This document shows, piece after piece, positions 12,282 through 20,837 of a stretch of 27,321 bases of DNA. Numbering within the stretch: the first letter of the stretch is position 1; every line of letters starts with the position of its first letter. Source of the stretch: an uncultured beta proteobacterium (GTDB taxonomy: Bacteria > Pseudomonadota > Gammaproteobacteria > Burkholderiales > Rhodocyclaceae); assembly GCA_903953145.1 (NCBI GenBank), contig CAJBIL010000077.1, positions 1 to 27,321 of the forward strand. Direction: 5' to 3'. Below the pieces are notes generated by a model that saw only the letters and a program-made list of their open reading frames with translations, did no database searches and was not told the DNA's origin. Position numbers and translations under genes: made by a program.

Positions 12282-13900
12282 TAGCGAGCAGTGGGCGCTG
12301 CGGGTGGGGGTGAAACCGGCACAGCCTCGGTGAAGTAGGACATGTCCGGCGCCGAGGGACGCATTGCCGATTCTGGCCCAATGCTGAATTCAGTCAGATC
12401 AATACCAGGGCGTTTATTGTTGCGAATCAGGCGCGGCGTAATGGACAAGACAAGTTCCGTTTTCTGCCCTTCATCGAGTTTGCTACCGAACAATCTGCCC
12501 AATATGGGAATATCGCCCAACCCCGGTACTTTTCTTCCGGTAGAGCGTTCTTCATCGCTAATCAGCCCGGCCAAAACCTGATTTTCGCCATCTTTAAGGC
12601 GTAGCACGGTTGAGGCGTTGCGCGTACCAATCTGATAAGCCTGCGTGCCGGACTTGGTCTGAATCAATCCGGTGATGTTGCTAACTTCCAGGTTGATCCG
12701 GATCGCTACTTCGTTGTCGAGGTAAATCGTCGGTTGGACATCCAGCTTGAGGCCGATATCGATGTATTGCACCGACTCGGCAACAAAACCAGTTGCGGTT
12801 GAGGTGGTGCTGATGTTGGGCACCCGATCGCCAATCATGATTTTGGCGATTTCTCGGTTGCGGGTACGGATGCGCGGGTTGGCAAGTACGTTGGTATCAC
12901 CACTTTCAGCGCGGGCATTGATGCCGAAGCTTGGCACGGTCGCGGCCAGGCTGGCTGATGTCGTGTTGACAAGATCTTTTAGGCTTACCGGGCCACCCGC
13001 TATTGAGGCGAGGGGGCTCAGCATCAAGGAGCTGGGCCAGAGCAGACCAAGCTCCAGCAATCGACTGCGTTTGACTTCAAGTACTTCGACTTCGAGCATC
13101 ACTTCCGGCTCGGGCATGTCATGCACCGCGAGCAGTTTTTCCGCCATTCGTATTGCCTCTGGGGTATCTCGCATAACCACCACGTTTTGCTTGTCATCGC
13201 TGATCAGGTCGCGCGCCTTAAGTATGGTGCGCAGTGTTGCTGCGGCTGTCTTGGCTTCGATATTGGTCAGGTAAAAACTACGCACCGTCAACGGCTGATA
13301 ATCACGCGCCTTATTGGGCGTGTTGGGATAAATCATCACTGTGTCGGCATTGACGGGGCGCTGTCCCAGTTGTTGAGAAAGCAGAATCAGCGAGAGCACT
13401 TCGCGCACCGGTGTGTGGCGCAGGGTGATGCTGATTGGTTGGTCGAGCGGCACATCCTTGTCAAAAATAAAATTCAGGCCTGATGTACGGTAAAGCACCT
13501 GACAGACTTGTGCCAGCGTAGCGCCCTTGAAATCAACGTTGATCGGCTTATCAAGACCCGTCGGAGCGGTCTGCTCTACGAGGGCAGGGCGCGCGGGCGT
13601 CTCAGTTTCTTGCTGGCGCTTGAGACTGTCCTGTTTTACTTGCGCCTGAATTTGCTGAAGTTGGCGCGAGCTGATTCTTTCGCGAGTTTGCGCCACGGCG
13701 AGACGTAATTCAGCATTGTTCGGGTTTTCCCGTAAAGCGTTTTCGAGGTGAACGAGTGCTTCCTCGTGTCGTCCCTGGATCATTAATACCTGGCTTTCAT
13801 GCAGTACCGGCGAGTTTGTCGCACAGGCAGCCAGCAGCATGGCGAAGCAAATTCCGCAAAAAGTACGCACGATTTTTCGCTGTGGTGATTCGTGTTTCAT
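12281..13900 (-). CDS. gspD: Secretin (GspD/PilQ family) with lipoprotein signal
   Basis: Lipobox LLAAC; TPR-like helix pair; N-domain INVDFKGATL; secretin core EVMLEVEVLEV, VLANPRIRTRNREIAKIMIGDRVP, LAGLI, VPGLGDIPILGRLF, TELVLSITPRLI. Confidence 0.93.
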   Translation of the reverse strand: MKHESPQRKIVRTFCGICFAMLLAACATNSPVLHESQVLMIQGRHEEALVHLENALRENPNNAELRLAVAQTRERISSRQLQQIQAQVKQDSLKRQQETETPARPALVEQTAPTGLDKPINVDFKGATLAQVCQVLYRTSGLNFIFDKDVPLDQPISITLRHTPVREVLSLILLSQQLGQRPVNADTVMIYPNTPNKARDYQPLTVRSFYLTNIEAKTAAATLRTILKARDLISDDKQNVVVMRDTPEAIRMAEKLLAVHDMPEPEVMLEVEVLEVKRSRLLELGLLWPSSLMLSPLASIAGGPVSLKDLVNTTSASLAATVPSFGINARAESGDTNVLANPRIRTRNREIAKIMIGDRVPNISTTSTATGFVAESVQYIDIGLKLDVQPTIYLDNEVAIRINLEVSNITGLIQTKSGTQAYQIGTRNASTVLRLKDGENQVLAGLISDEERSTGRKVPGLGDIPILGRLFGSKLDEGQKTELVLSITPRLIRNNKRPGIDLTEFSIGPESAMRPSAPDMSYFTEAVPVSPPPAAPTAR

Positions 13901-14385
13901 TCTTCATCTTTCCCGATATTGAAGGTTCGGCTCTGGCGGCTACGTGTGTTTTTGATGATCAACAAAGGGGGCGCCAGTTTGCTAACGCGAAAATTGTCAT
14001 TGAAGGCTTCTCCTTCGCGAACTACCCAGACCTCGCCGGGTTTTTCAGCGTCGCTAATGAATACCGCCCAGCCATCGTCATCTTCCTGTTTGCCTAAAAT
14101 CCTGAAGTCGGGAACCGGGGGCGCAGTATTGGCCAGCACAGGGGGAAACGAAGCGGTGGCTTGTTCAGTGGGTGCTGCTGTGGTTGGTGGTACAGCAAAC
14201 GGATCGCGCACTTCCGCATTGGCCTGATTGCTTTCTTTGCTGGTTCGTTGAAGCGTCCGGATCATTTGCGTATCTGGAGTTCCCTGTGCGCTGAGGAATT
14301 CGCTGCTGGCGATCACCGGCGTGTCTGTGCCGATGAACATGAGCAGCGCTAGCGCTAGCGGGATGATGAGCAGAATGGGTTTCAT
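13897..14385 (-). CDS. PilP/GspC-like periplasmic platform protein
   Basis: N-terminal hydrophobic anchor, RDPF motif followed by a Pro/Ala/Thr linker and a beta-rich domain (FRILG..WAVFI..VVREGE); lies immediately upstream of the secretin. Confidence 0.6.
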   Translation of the reverse strand: MKPILLIIPLALALLMFIGTDTPVIASSEFLSAQGTPDTQMIRTLQRTSKESNQANAEVRDPFAVPPTTAAPTEQATASFPPVLANTAPPVPDFRILGKQEDDDGWAVFISDAEKPGEVWVVREGEAFNDNFRVSKLAPPLLIIKNTRSRQSRTFNIGKDEE

Positions 14386-14386
14386 G

Positions 14387-14893
14387 TCAGCGGCGCTCAG
14401 TCAGGAATTGCGCGGTCAACGTCGCTTTGAGGGCTAAATTTTCCTTTGTTACGCTTTCGCGCTGGATGTTCAGGTGGCGGATCAAGAGGGCTGGCTGTGT
14501 GGCCAGGGCATTGTCGATGAACGTTCGGATGTTGGCGTAGCTGCCGGTCAGTGAAAAATTCATTGATGATCGGGCAAAGCCGGCACCGGCTTCGGTTTCC
14601 TGAGCGTATTCAACATGCCCAATGCTCAGTTGATGGCGCGCCGCGCTTTCCAGGATAGCTTGCTGTGCCAGGGCAAGGTCTGCTGGCGGGATCAGGATGT
14701 TTTGGAAATTCCGCTGAGCAGCAATGACCCGGGCCGGGTCAATGGCGTTAGTCAGTTCTGCGGGCTGGATTTCGTCGTTGTGCTTGAGCAGCAAGGCGGC
14801 CATGGCGAGAATGCTGACCAGGAGCAGGGTGGTGAGTGGCTGGCGCGTTAGCATCAGGCGCAGGTCAAGCAGCGTGAAAGTGCTTGAGGTCAT
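14387..14893 (-). CDS. PilO/GspM-like bitopic inner-membrane protein
   Basis: Single TM, then a ferredoxin-like pattern (FSLTGSYANIRTFIDNAL..LLIRHLNIQR); position in the operon. Confidence 0.65.
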   Translation of the reverse strand: MTSSTFTLLDLRLMLTRQPLTTLLLVSILAMAALLLKHNDEIQPAELTNAIDPARVIAAQRNFQNILIPPADLALAQQAILESAARHQLSIGHVEYAQETEAGAGFARSSMNFSLTGSYANIRTFIDNALATQPALLIRHLNIQRESVTKENLALKATLTAQFLTERR

Positions 14894-15378
14894 GGTTGCG
14901 CCCCTTCTGTACCCTGGAATATTACCTCTAGCGCAAAGCGCTCTGGAAAATCATGGTTATCGGCATTGCTGGCCGGGCTTTGGCTGACAACGCGGGCGTC
15001 TGCAATCGCCGGATTACGGCGCAAGCGGTTGGGGAGCTCGAGTACCGCTTTGCTGTTGCGTGCTTCGCCCTGCATGGTCATCCGCTTATCCCGTGTATCC
15101 GCATCGATTTGGAGGAAGCGCAGGCTTTCGTCGGCACTGGTTTCGATTGAGTTAAGCACGGCCAGCCAGGGAAAATTGAGGTCGTCGATGGCGTTATTGA
15201 TACTGCGGACTCCTTCTGCTGAGGGCATCCGGGCCTGATTGGGCGGCAGGCTGGCCTCGGTTTCATTGCTCTGCAACCACACCAGACCGAGGGTCAGGGC
15301 GAGCATGATGGCGCTTGTTACCAGCCGTTGTGGCGATAGCGGTTTCGCGGTCGGTGCAAAGTTGATTCGCAGACTCAT
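14890..15378 (-). CDS. PilN/GspL-periplasmic-like bitopic protein
   Basis: MSLRINFA start, single TM, PWLAVLNSIE..LRFLQI..MTMQGEARNS pattern typical of PilN-like proteins; position in the operon. Confidence 0.65.
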   Translation of the reverse strand: MSLRINFAPTAKPLSPQRLVTSAIMLALTLGLVWLQSNETEASLPPNQARMPSAEGVRSINNAIDDLNFPWLAVLNSIETSADESLRFLQIDADTRDKRMTMQGEARNSKAVLELPNRLRRNPAIADARVVSQSPASNADNHDFPERFALEVIFQGTEGAQP

Positions 15379-16127
15379 GCAGAATGCTCCATGGATACCC
15401 AGGGCAGGGGTTCGATCCGGTAGTCTTCAAAAAGCAGGCCGGCAACCCGGCATTCGCGGCGCAGCATGGCGGGTAAATCGGTCGCCAGCATGGCCAGTGG
15501 CGGATGGGTGCGTAGTGTTTGCCATTGCTCGGCGTTGCGGATGGCAATGGTTAATCCGTCAGGAGTATCCAAACTAAAAATAAACAGTTTTGAGCGCTTG
15601 AAAGGGTTGCGGCGCCAGTCATTTAAGCAGCGTACAAAACGCGTCTGGATTTTGGCCAGTTGCCAGCCGTAGCTGCCGGCAATTTCTATCAGTAGTGCGA
15701 GCAGCGCTTTGGGCAATGCAATTGCCGGCCAATGGCTGGCAAATGGTGTGGCATCAACCCGGATAACCCATTCGCCGGCATCCCCGTTGCCGTCACCAAA
15801 TAGCTCACCCATCTGGGAATCGGCCAGGGCTTCGATTTCTGCCAGCGTGGCGAGGCCAGGCAGGCGGTCGACAATCCAGCTGCGAACCAGGATGTCGCTC
15901 AGGGTGATTTCCAGCACTCGTTTTCTCGATGGAAAGGCGTCGCATAGGTTAACGATAGCCGTGCGCAACCCGGCGAGTGCTTCCAGGGAAGGTAGGCCGG
16001 ATTTCAGGGGCAAAGCCAGTTCACTAGTGGTGATTGATTTGCCGCTCTGTAAAACCAGGCATGAACAGCCTATGTCCAGCTGCAGTTTTTCTGGCCCGAG
16101 CAGATTTTTAATGGCGAGCCGTGACAC
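15375..16127 (-). CDS. PilM/GspL-cytoplasmic-like protein
   Basis: Soluble, about 250 aa, between the ATPase and the PilN-like gene; LEITLSDILVRSWIV. GTG 16127 has AGGAGG 6 nt upstream and is preferred over TTG 16142. Function is assigned mainly by position. Confidence 0.55.
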   Translation of the reverse strand: MSRLAIKNLLGPEKLQLDIGCSCLVLQSGKSITTSELALPLKSGLPSLEALAGLRTAIVNLCDAFPSRKRVLEITLSDILVRSWIVDRLPGLATLAEIEALADSQMGELFGDGNGDAGEWVIRVDATPFASHWPAIALPKALLALLIEIAGSYGWQLAKIQTRFVRCLNDWRRNPFKRSKLFIFSLDTPDGLTIAIRNAEQWQTLRTHPPLAMLATDLPAMLRRECRVAGLLFEDYRIEPLPWVSMEHSA

Positions 16128-17715
16128 GGCGTACCTCCTCAAGCGTGGTTAGCCCTTGCCGGGCCAGATCGAGAGCGGCTTCACGCAGGCTGCGTGCGCC
16201 TTGCCGGCGAGCAGCGTCGCGAATTTCGTTGAATGGTGCCCGTTGGGCTATCAGGGTACGCAGCACGTCGTCAAGGGCCAGGATCTCGACAATAGCGCTG
16301 CGTCCCCGATAGCCGGTATCACGACAGGCGTCACAACCAACGGCTTGCCTGAAGCCGTGATGCGGACTGTCGCCAGAAATTTGCAGTTCATGAATTTGTT
16401 GCGTGCTTGGGACATGCGCTCTGGCGCAAACCGGGCATAGTTTGCGCACCAGTCTTTGCGCCCAGACGCCGCTGATCGCTGAGGTCAGCAAATAGGGGTC
16501 AATGCCCATGTGGCTGAAGCGGCCAAAGACATCGAAGACATTGTTGGCATGCAGCGTGGATAGCACGCGATGCCCTGTTAGCGCCGATTGAATCGCGATT
16601 TCAGCCGTTTCGCGGTCGCGGATTTCCCCCACCATGATGGTATCCGGGTCGTGACGCAGAATGGAGCGCAGGCCACGGGCAAAATTCAGGCCTTTTTTCT
16701 CGTTAACCGGAATCTGTAGAACGCCGGGCAATTGGTATTCAACCGGGTCTTCAATGGTGATGATTTTCTCGCGGCCATTGTTAATTTCCGACAGCACGGC
16801 GTAGAGCGATGTGGTTTTTCCGCTACCGGTCGGGCCGCTGGCCAGCAGCATGCCATAGGGCTCGGCAGACAATTCGCGCAGGCGTTCTATGTCGCTGCCG
16901 GCAAAACCCAGTCCTTCCAGCGTCAGTGACGTGTCACCCTGCATCAGATGGCGTTTGTCGAGGATGCGTAATACCCCGTCTTCGCCATGCATGCTGGGCA
17001 TGATCGAAACACGCAAATCAATACGCCGGGCTTTATCGTCAAGCCGGATGGCCAGCCGGCCATCCTGCGGAATACGGGTTTCGGCGATGTCCAGCTCAGC
17101 CAGAACCTTGAGGCGCGAGATGACCTGTGTGGCCACCTCCGTGCCGCGCACGCTACGAATATGTTCCAGCACGCCATCAATGCGGTAACGGATATCCAGC
17201 CCGCTGCCGCTTGATTCAAGGTGGATGTCGCTGGCCCCTAAACGCAGCGCATCGTGCAGCGTGGCATTGACCAGCCGAACAATCGGGCTGGTTTGCTGGC
17301 TGCTCCGGGTGACCGCCAAAGTTTTTTCGGCACTTTCTTCGCCTGAATGATGCGACTCCTTTTCAGGCGAGGACATTAGCCGCTTACCTTCGGCTTGCTT
17401 GCTTAACCACGCGGTGAGGTCTTCAGTGCTGGCAAGATGCCAGATCACAAGATCGCCAGCGCGTGCCTCGGCCCAGCGTTGCAGTTTGCTGTCCAGCGGA
17501 TCGGCAATCACACCGATATAGCGGTTCACTGCGCCCCGTAGAACGTGCCCTTCGGATGCCACATTGTCACGAAAAAGAACGCATTGACGGTCCAGCGTAT
17601 CGCTCAAAGGCAAGCGGTCAAAAGCAGGGGTCAGGCTATTGAGCAGTGACAATGTCGCAACCGGGTAATCATCAAGCCAGGCATTTTGCTGATCGACAGG
17701 CAAATGTGCGCTCAT
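16108..17715 (-). CDS. gspE: GspE/PulE family secretion ATPase
   Basis: ASDIHLE, RIPQDGR, Walker A GPTGSGKT, TIEDPVEY, Walker B LRHDPDTIMVGEIRD, TGHRVLSTLH, tetra-Cys CPVC..CDAC, GYRGR. Confidence 0.96.
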   Translation of the reverse strand: MSAHLPVDQQNAWLDDYPVATLSLLNSLTPAFDRLPLSDTLDRQCVLFRDNVASEGHVLRGAVNRYIGVIADPLDSKLQRWAEARAGDLVIWHLASTEDLTAWLSKQAEGKRLMSSPEKESHHSGEESAEKTLAVTRSSQQTSPIVRLVNATLHDALRLGASDIHLESSGSGLDIRYRIDGVLEHIRSVRGTEVATQVISRLKVLAELDIAETRIPQDGRLAIRLDDKARRIDLRVSIMPSMHGEDGVLRILDKRHLMQGDTSLTLEGLGFAGSDIERLRELSAEPYGMLLASGPTGSGKTTSLYAVLSEINNGREKIITIEDPVEYQLPGVLQIPVNEKKGLNFARGLRSILRHDPDTIMVGEIRDRETAEIAIQSALTGHRVLSTLHANNVFDVFGRFSHMGIDPYLLTSAISGVWAQRLVRKLCPVCARAHVPSTQQIHELQISGDSPHHGFRQAVGCDACRDTGYRGRSAIVEILALDDVLRTLIAQRAPFNEIRDAARRQGARSLREAALDLARQGLTTLEEVRRVTARH

Positions 17716-18923
17716 TGGAAACTCCCCGCCAAGTCAAAAATTGGCATGTAAAGCAGCACCACGATGCCGCCGATGATGATGCCGATGGCCGCCATCAACA
17801 AAGGCTCAAAGCTGCGTGTAAAGCGGGCGATGAAACGCTCGATTTCGCCATCGTGAAAGCGCGCGGCGCGGGCCAGCATGTCGCCTTGCTGACCGGTGCG
17901 TTCACCGACGCGCATCAGACGCAGCGCAACCGGAGTGCACAAACCGGCTTCGTCAAAGGCGGTCGAAGCAAGTTGGCCTTCATCAATTCGCTTCGCTGCC
18001 TGGTGCAGAGCGCGTTGTATCCTGGTTGAGACCAGTCCGTCGCACAATTCAATTGCCGATAAGATTGGTAGTCCGCCTTCGAGCAGTGTGCCGAGCGCCA
18101 GATAAAGTCGAGCCAGCTCGAAGGTATGCAAGCGTTCGCCGATTTGCGGTAAGCGTCGTACTGCCCTCGAAAGTCCGGTACTCAAGGCTTTTCGTGTCTG
18201 TGGCTTGCGGATGAACCAGATCAGCGCCAGCAAAGCCGATACGCCAATACCGCCCAGCAGGCGAGCGTTGTCGGCAACAAAACGACCCCACTGCAACAAG
18301 AGTTTTGAGGCGAGCGGAATGTCGCGACCTGAACTTTGGTAAACACTCGAGAAACTCGGCACAACGTAGCCAAGCAAAAAAAGGCTGACCAGAAGGCCGA
18401 CGCCGCAAAGAATGGCGGGGTAAATCATCGCCTGCGTTACATGACGGCGCACCAGATCAACACGACTGCGATATTCGATGTAGCGGGCCAGCGAGTTATT
18501 GAGGCTTGCAGTGCCTTCAGCGGCACGCATCAGGCCGCAATATAAGGGCGGGAAAATCTCCGGCTGGGCAGCGAGGGCGGTTGCAAAACGCAGCCCTTCG
18601 CCGAGTCGGGCGCGCAAGGTGGCGAGCACTTTGTTGATTGCCGGCCTTCGTTCTTTTTCGTGTAAAGCGTCAAGAGCTTCCGTCAAGGTCAGCCCGGCTT
18701 CAAGCAGGGCCAGCAATTCCTGGCTGAATAACGGCAAGTCAAATGCACTTTGGCTGCTGCTGCCAGTGATCAATTGTTGCCAGGCCGGTTTGTCTGTCGC
18801 CTTGATGGATAGTGGGCGAAAATCCCGAGCAGCGAGGTGGCGGGCAGCTTCCTCCTGATTAGCGGCCTCAATATGGAGGGTTTCAACTCCGTTAGGGCCA
18901 ATGGCTCGGATGGCGAAATTCAT
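17712..18923 (-). CDS. gspF: GspF/PilC family inner-membrane platform protein
   Basis: LFSQELLALLEAGLTL, AMIYPAIL, RVGERTG, FEPLLMAAIGIIIGGIVVLLYMPIF. Confidence 0.95.
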   Translation of the reverse strand: MNFAIRAIGPNGVETLHIEAANQEEAARHLAARDFRPLSIKATDKPAWQQLITGSSSQSAFDLPLFSQELLALLEAGLTLTEALDALHEKERRPAINKVLATLRARLGEGLRFATALAAQPEIFPPLYCGLMRAAEGTASLNNSLARYIEYRSRVDLVRRHVTQAMIYPAILCGVGLLVSLFLLGYVVPSFSSVYQSSGRDIPLASKLLLQWGRFVADNARLLGGIGVSALLALIWFIRKPQTRKALSTGLSRAVRRLPQIGERLHTFELARLYLALGTLLEGGLPILSAIELCDGLVSTRIQRALHQAAKRIDEGQLASTAFDEAGLCTPVALRLMRVGERTGQQGDMLARAARFHDGEIERFIARFTRSFEPLLMAAIGIIIGGIVVLLYMPIFDLAGSFQ

Positions 18924-18928
18924 TTTGC

Positions 18929-19363
18929 TCAGAACCGGATGTCGGCGTTTTCGCCGCTACCGCCAGCGCGACCATCACGACCAAAGGAAAGCAGTTCGAA
19001 ATCCCGCCCGCTGCCGGCCGCATTGCTTAGACGATAAAAATAAGCATTGCCCCACGGGTCGGCCGGAACATCTTTCTGTAAGTAGGGGCCATTCCACCGC
19101 GGCTGGTTGTTGGGGCGCTTAAGCAGGGCAGTCAGACCAATTTCAGCCGGCGGGTAGTTGCCGTTATCAAGGCGATAGGATTCCAGTGCGCGGGCCAGCG
19201 CTTCAATTTGCGTGCGAGCAGCAGTGATTTCGGACTTGTTGAGTTGTGCTACATAGCGCGGCCCAACGTAGGCAGCGAGTAAGCCAATAATGGCGACGAC
19301 AACCAGCAGCTCGAGTAGGGTAAAGCCGGCAGAAGGCCGAGATATTCCGGGCTTGTAAAGCAT
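18929..19363 (-). CDS. gspG: Major pseudopilin GspG
   Basis: AG|FTLLELLVVVAIIGLL, ALESYRLDNGNYP, WNGPYL, DPWG, SFGRDG..GG.GENADI. ATG 19363 has an AGAGGAG RBS and is preferred over 19408. Confidence 0.94.
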   Translation of the reverse strand: MLYKPGISRPSAGFTLLELLVVVAIIGLLAAYVGPRYVAQLNKSEITAARTQIEALARALESYRLDNGNYPPAEIGLTALLKRPNNQPRWNGPYLQKDVPADPWGNAYFYRLSNAAGSGRDFELLSFGRDGRAGGSGENADIRF

Positions 19364-19417
19364 CGTTTCTCCTCTGGATAAAACCCGGGGTCGCGGACTT
19401 GTCCACAAACTCGGTCA

Positions 19418-19465
19418 GTAGGTCGGGCTGCAGCCCGAAAATGTCGGGTTGAAACCCGACCTTGC
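19418..19465. repeat. REP-like inverted doublet (GTAG-type palindromic repeats)
   Basis: GTAGGTCGGGCTGCAGCCCGA at 19418-19438 contains the perfect palindrome TCGGGCTGCAGCCCGA. A related inverted copy at 19442-19465 reads GCAAGGTCGGGTTTCAACCCGACA on the minus strand. Genome-wide copy number cannot be seen here. Confidence 0.55.
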
Positions 19466-19468
19466 TGG

Positions 19469-19503
19469 TAAAAGACCGGATTCGTTAAAAGTCACGAACC
19501 CGG
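19469..19503 (-). terminator. Probable intrinsic terminator of the fcc genes
   Basis: Minus strand CCGGGTTCGT-gactttta-ACGAATCCGG forms a 10-bp stem with one G-U pair, followed by TCTTTT, 12 nt after the fccB stop. Confidence 0.6.
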
Positions 19504-19515
19504 TCAGCCAAGTGC

Positions 19516-20817
19516 TTAGGCGAAGCTGTCTTCCATCAAGGTGTTAAACCACTTGATCATTTCTTTGTAGTTGTCCTGTGAGCGTGCTGCCGCTTCTCCC
19601 GCTGCACCTGGTACCGGTTGCATCGTGCGGCTCACCGGGTCATAAGCAAAAACAGCGGTCAGCCACGAGGCCGTATCTGCCGTGATCGGTGAATAGCAGG
19701 CCGAATTAGTGATTGGCGACGGATCCGGGCTGCGTCCGGCGAGCAGGCGAACAATGGCGTCGGCACAGATTTTTGCTTCCTGGTTGGCGATATGCCCAGC
19801 CTTGGGTTGCGTTGTTGCAGAAGCATCACCAATGACATGAATACCAGGTGCAGCAGTGGACTGATAGGTCAGTACATCAACGCCCGCCCAGCGCCCGCCG
19901 ACATTGGCCAGACCGTTATCGATAACAACCTTTCCGGCCTTGTGTGCTGGAATGGCGTTGATTACGTTAGCTTTGATACTGCCAAGGTTGGAATTCAGCG
20001 TCATCGTGCTGGCATCAATGCTGCTGATGCTGACTCCCGGGTGATATTCGATAACGCCCTTGTGCACCACCTCGAAAGCGTTGGTAAAGGCCAGCGGCTC
20101 GGCGGTAATGCCGGGATTCGCATCAAGCACGATCACCTTGGAACCTGCACGATTCTTCTTCAGCCAGTCGGCAACGACACAAGCGCGCTCATAAGGTCCC
20201 GGTGGGCAGCGATAGGGCTTGGCCGGAATGGTCATGGCAAAGACGCCGCCGGGTTTCATGGCGAGCAACTGGTTGCGCAGTTGGGTGGTCTGTGTTCCGG
20301 CCTTCCAGGCATGCAGCACCCTGGCTTGGGCAGCTGGTGTTTCCAGCCCGGCGATGGTGTCGAAATCGATGCCGGGCGCCACGACCAGACGGTCATAAGG
20401 CAACTTGCTACCATCAGCCAGACTAACGCTGTGGCCAACCGGATCAATCGCACTGACGTCGCCTTTAACCAGGCGAATACCATAGCGGGTCGCCAGATTG
20501 CTGTAGCCGAACTGCAGCGACGTCATGCTGCGTTGGCCGCTGAGCACCAGATTGCTGAGAATGTTTGAGTTATAGGCAGTTTCGCGCTCAATCAGAGTGA
20601 CAGAGACGCCAGTACCACCCCAAAGACGGAGATATTTGGCTACCGTGGCGCCAGCCATGCCGCCGCCAATCACGACGACGCGGCCACTAATGCCGGTGTT
20701 GGTTGGAACAGTGCCCAGTTGTGCGGGGGTTGCGGCGTTTACCAGGCCAGTCAAACCGGCAGTTGAGGCGCCTATGCCGGCCATACTGGCCAGACGGAAA
20801 AAATCACGACGATTCAT
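19516..20817 (-). CDS. fccB: Flavocytochrome c sulfide dehydrogenase flavoprotein subunit (FccB/SoxF family), Tat-exported
   Basis: Twin-arginine signal NRRDFFR; FAD motif VVVIGGGMAGATVAKY; YRCPPGPYERA; HVIGDA; PKAGHIAN; NSACYS; GAGGA RBS. Confidence 0.88.
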   Translation of the reverse strand: MNRRDFFRLASMAGIGASTAGLTGLVNAATPAQLGTVPTNTGISGRVVVIGGGMAGATVAKYLRLWGGTGVSVTLIERETAYNSNILSNLVLSGQRSMTSLQFGYSNLATRYGIRLVKGDVSAIDPVGHSVSLADGSKLPYDRLVVAPGIDFDTIAGLETPAAQARVLHAWKAGTQTTQLRNQLLAMKPGGVFAMTIPAKPYRCPPGPYERACVVADWLKKNRAGSKVIVLDANPGITAEPLAFTNAFEVVHKGVIEYHPGVSISSIDASTMTLNSNLGSIKANVINAIPAHKAGKVVIDNGLANVGGRWAGVDVLTYQSTAAPGIHVIGDASATTQPKAGHIANQEAKICADAIVRLLAGRSPDPSPITNSACYSPITADTASWLTAVFAYDPVSRTMQPVPGAAGEAAARSQDNYKEMIKWFNTLMEDSFA

Positions 20818-20837
20818 GATGTGGTCCTCGTTATCAG

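Noticed and set aside
13853-13861. CGIC in the secretin N-terminus as a metal or heme motif
   Set aside because: It lies within the signal peptide before the lipobox Cys and has no following His.
17400-17715. Possible MshEN c-di-GMP-binding motif in GspE linking it to the HD-GYP enzyme
   Set aside because: No RLGxxL..G..L..Q motif in the N-terminus.
19364-19515. Possible c-di-GMP riboswitch in the gspG leader
   Set aside because: The hairpins are explained by the REP-like doublet and the terminator; I could not find the GEMM or class II consensus. An Rfam/Infernal scan would be decisive.
19792-20568. 258-aa plus-strand ORF
   Set aside because: Entirely antisense to fccB; typical high-GC shadow frame.
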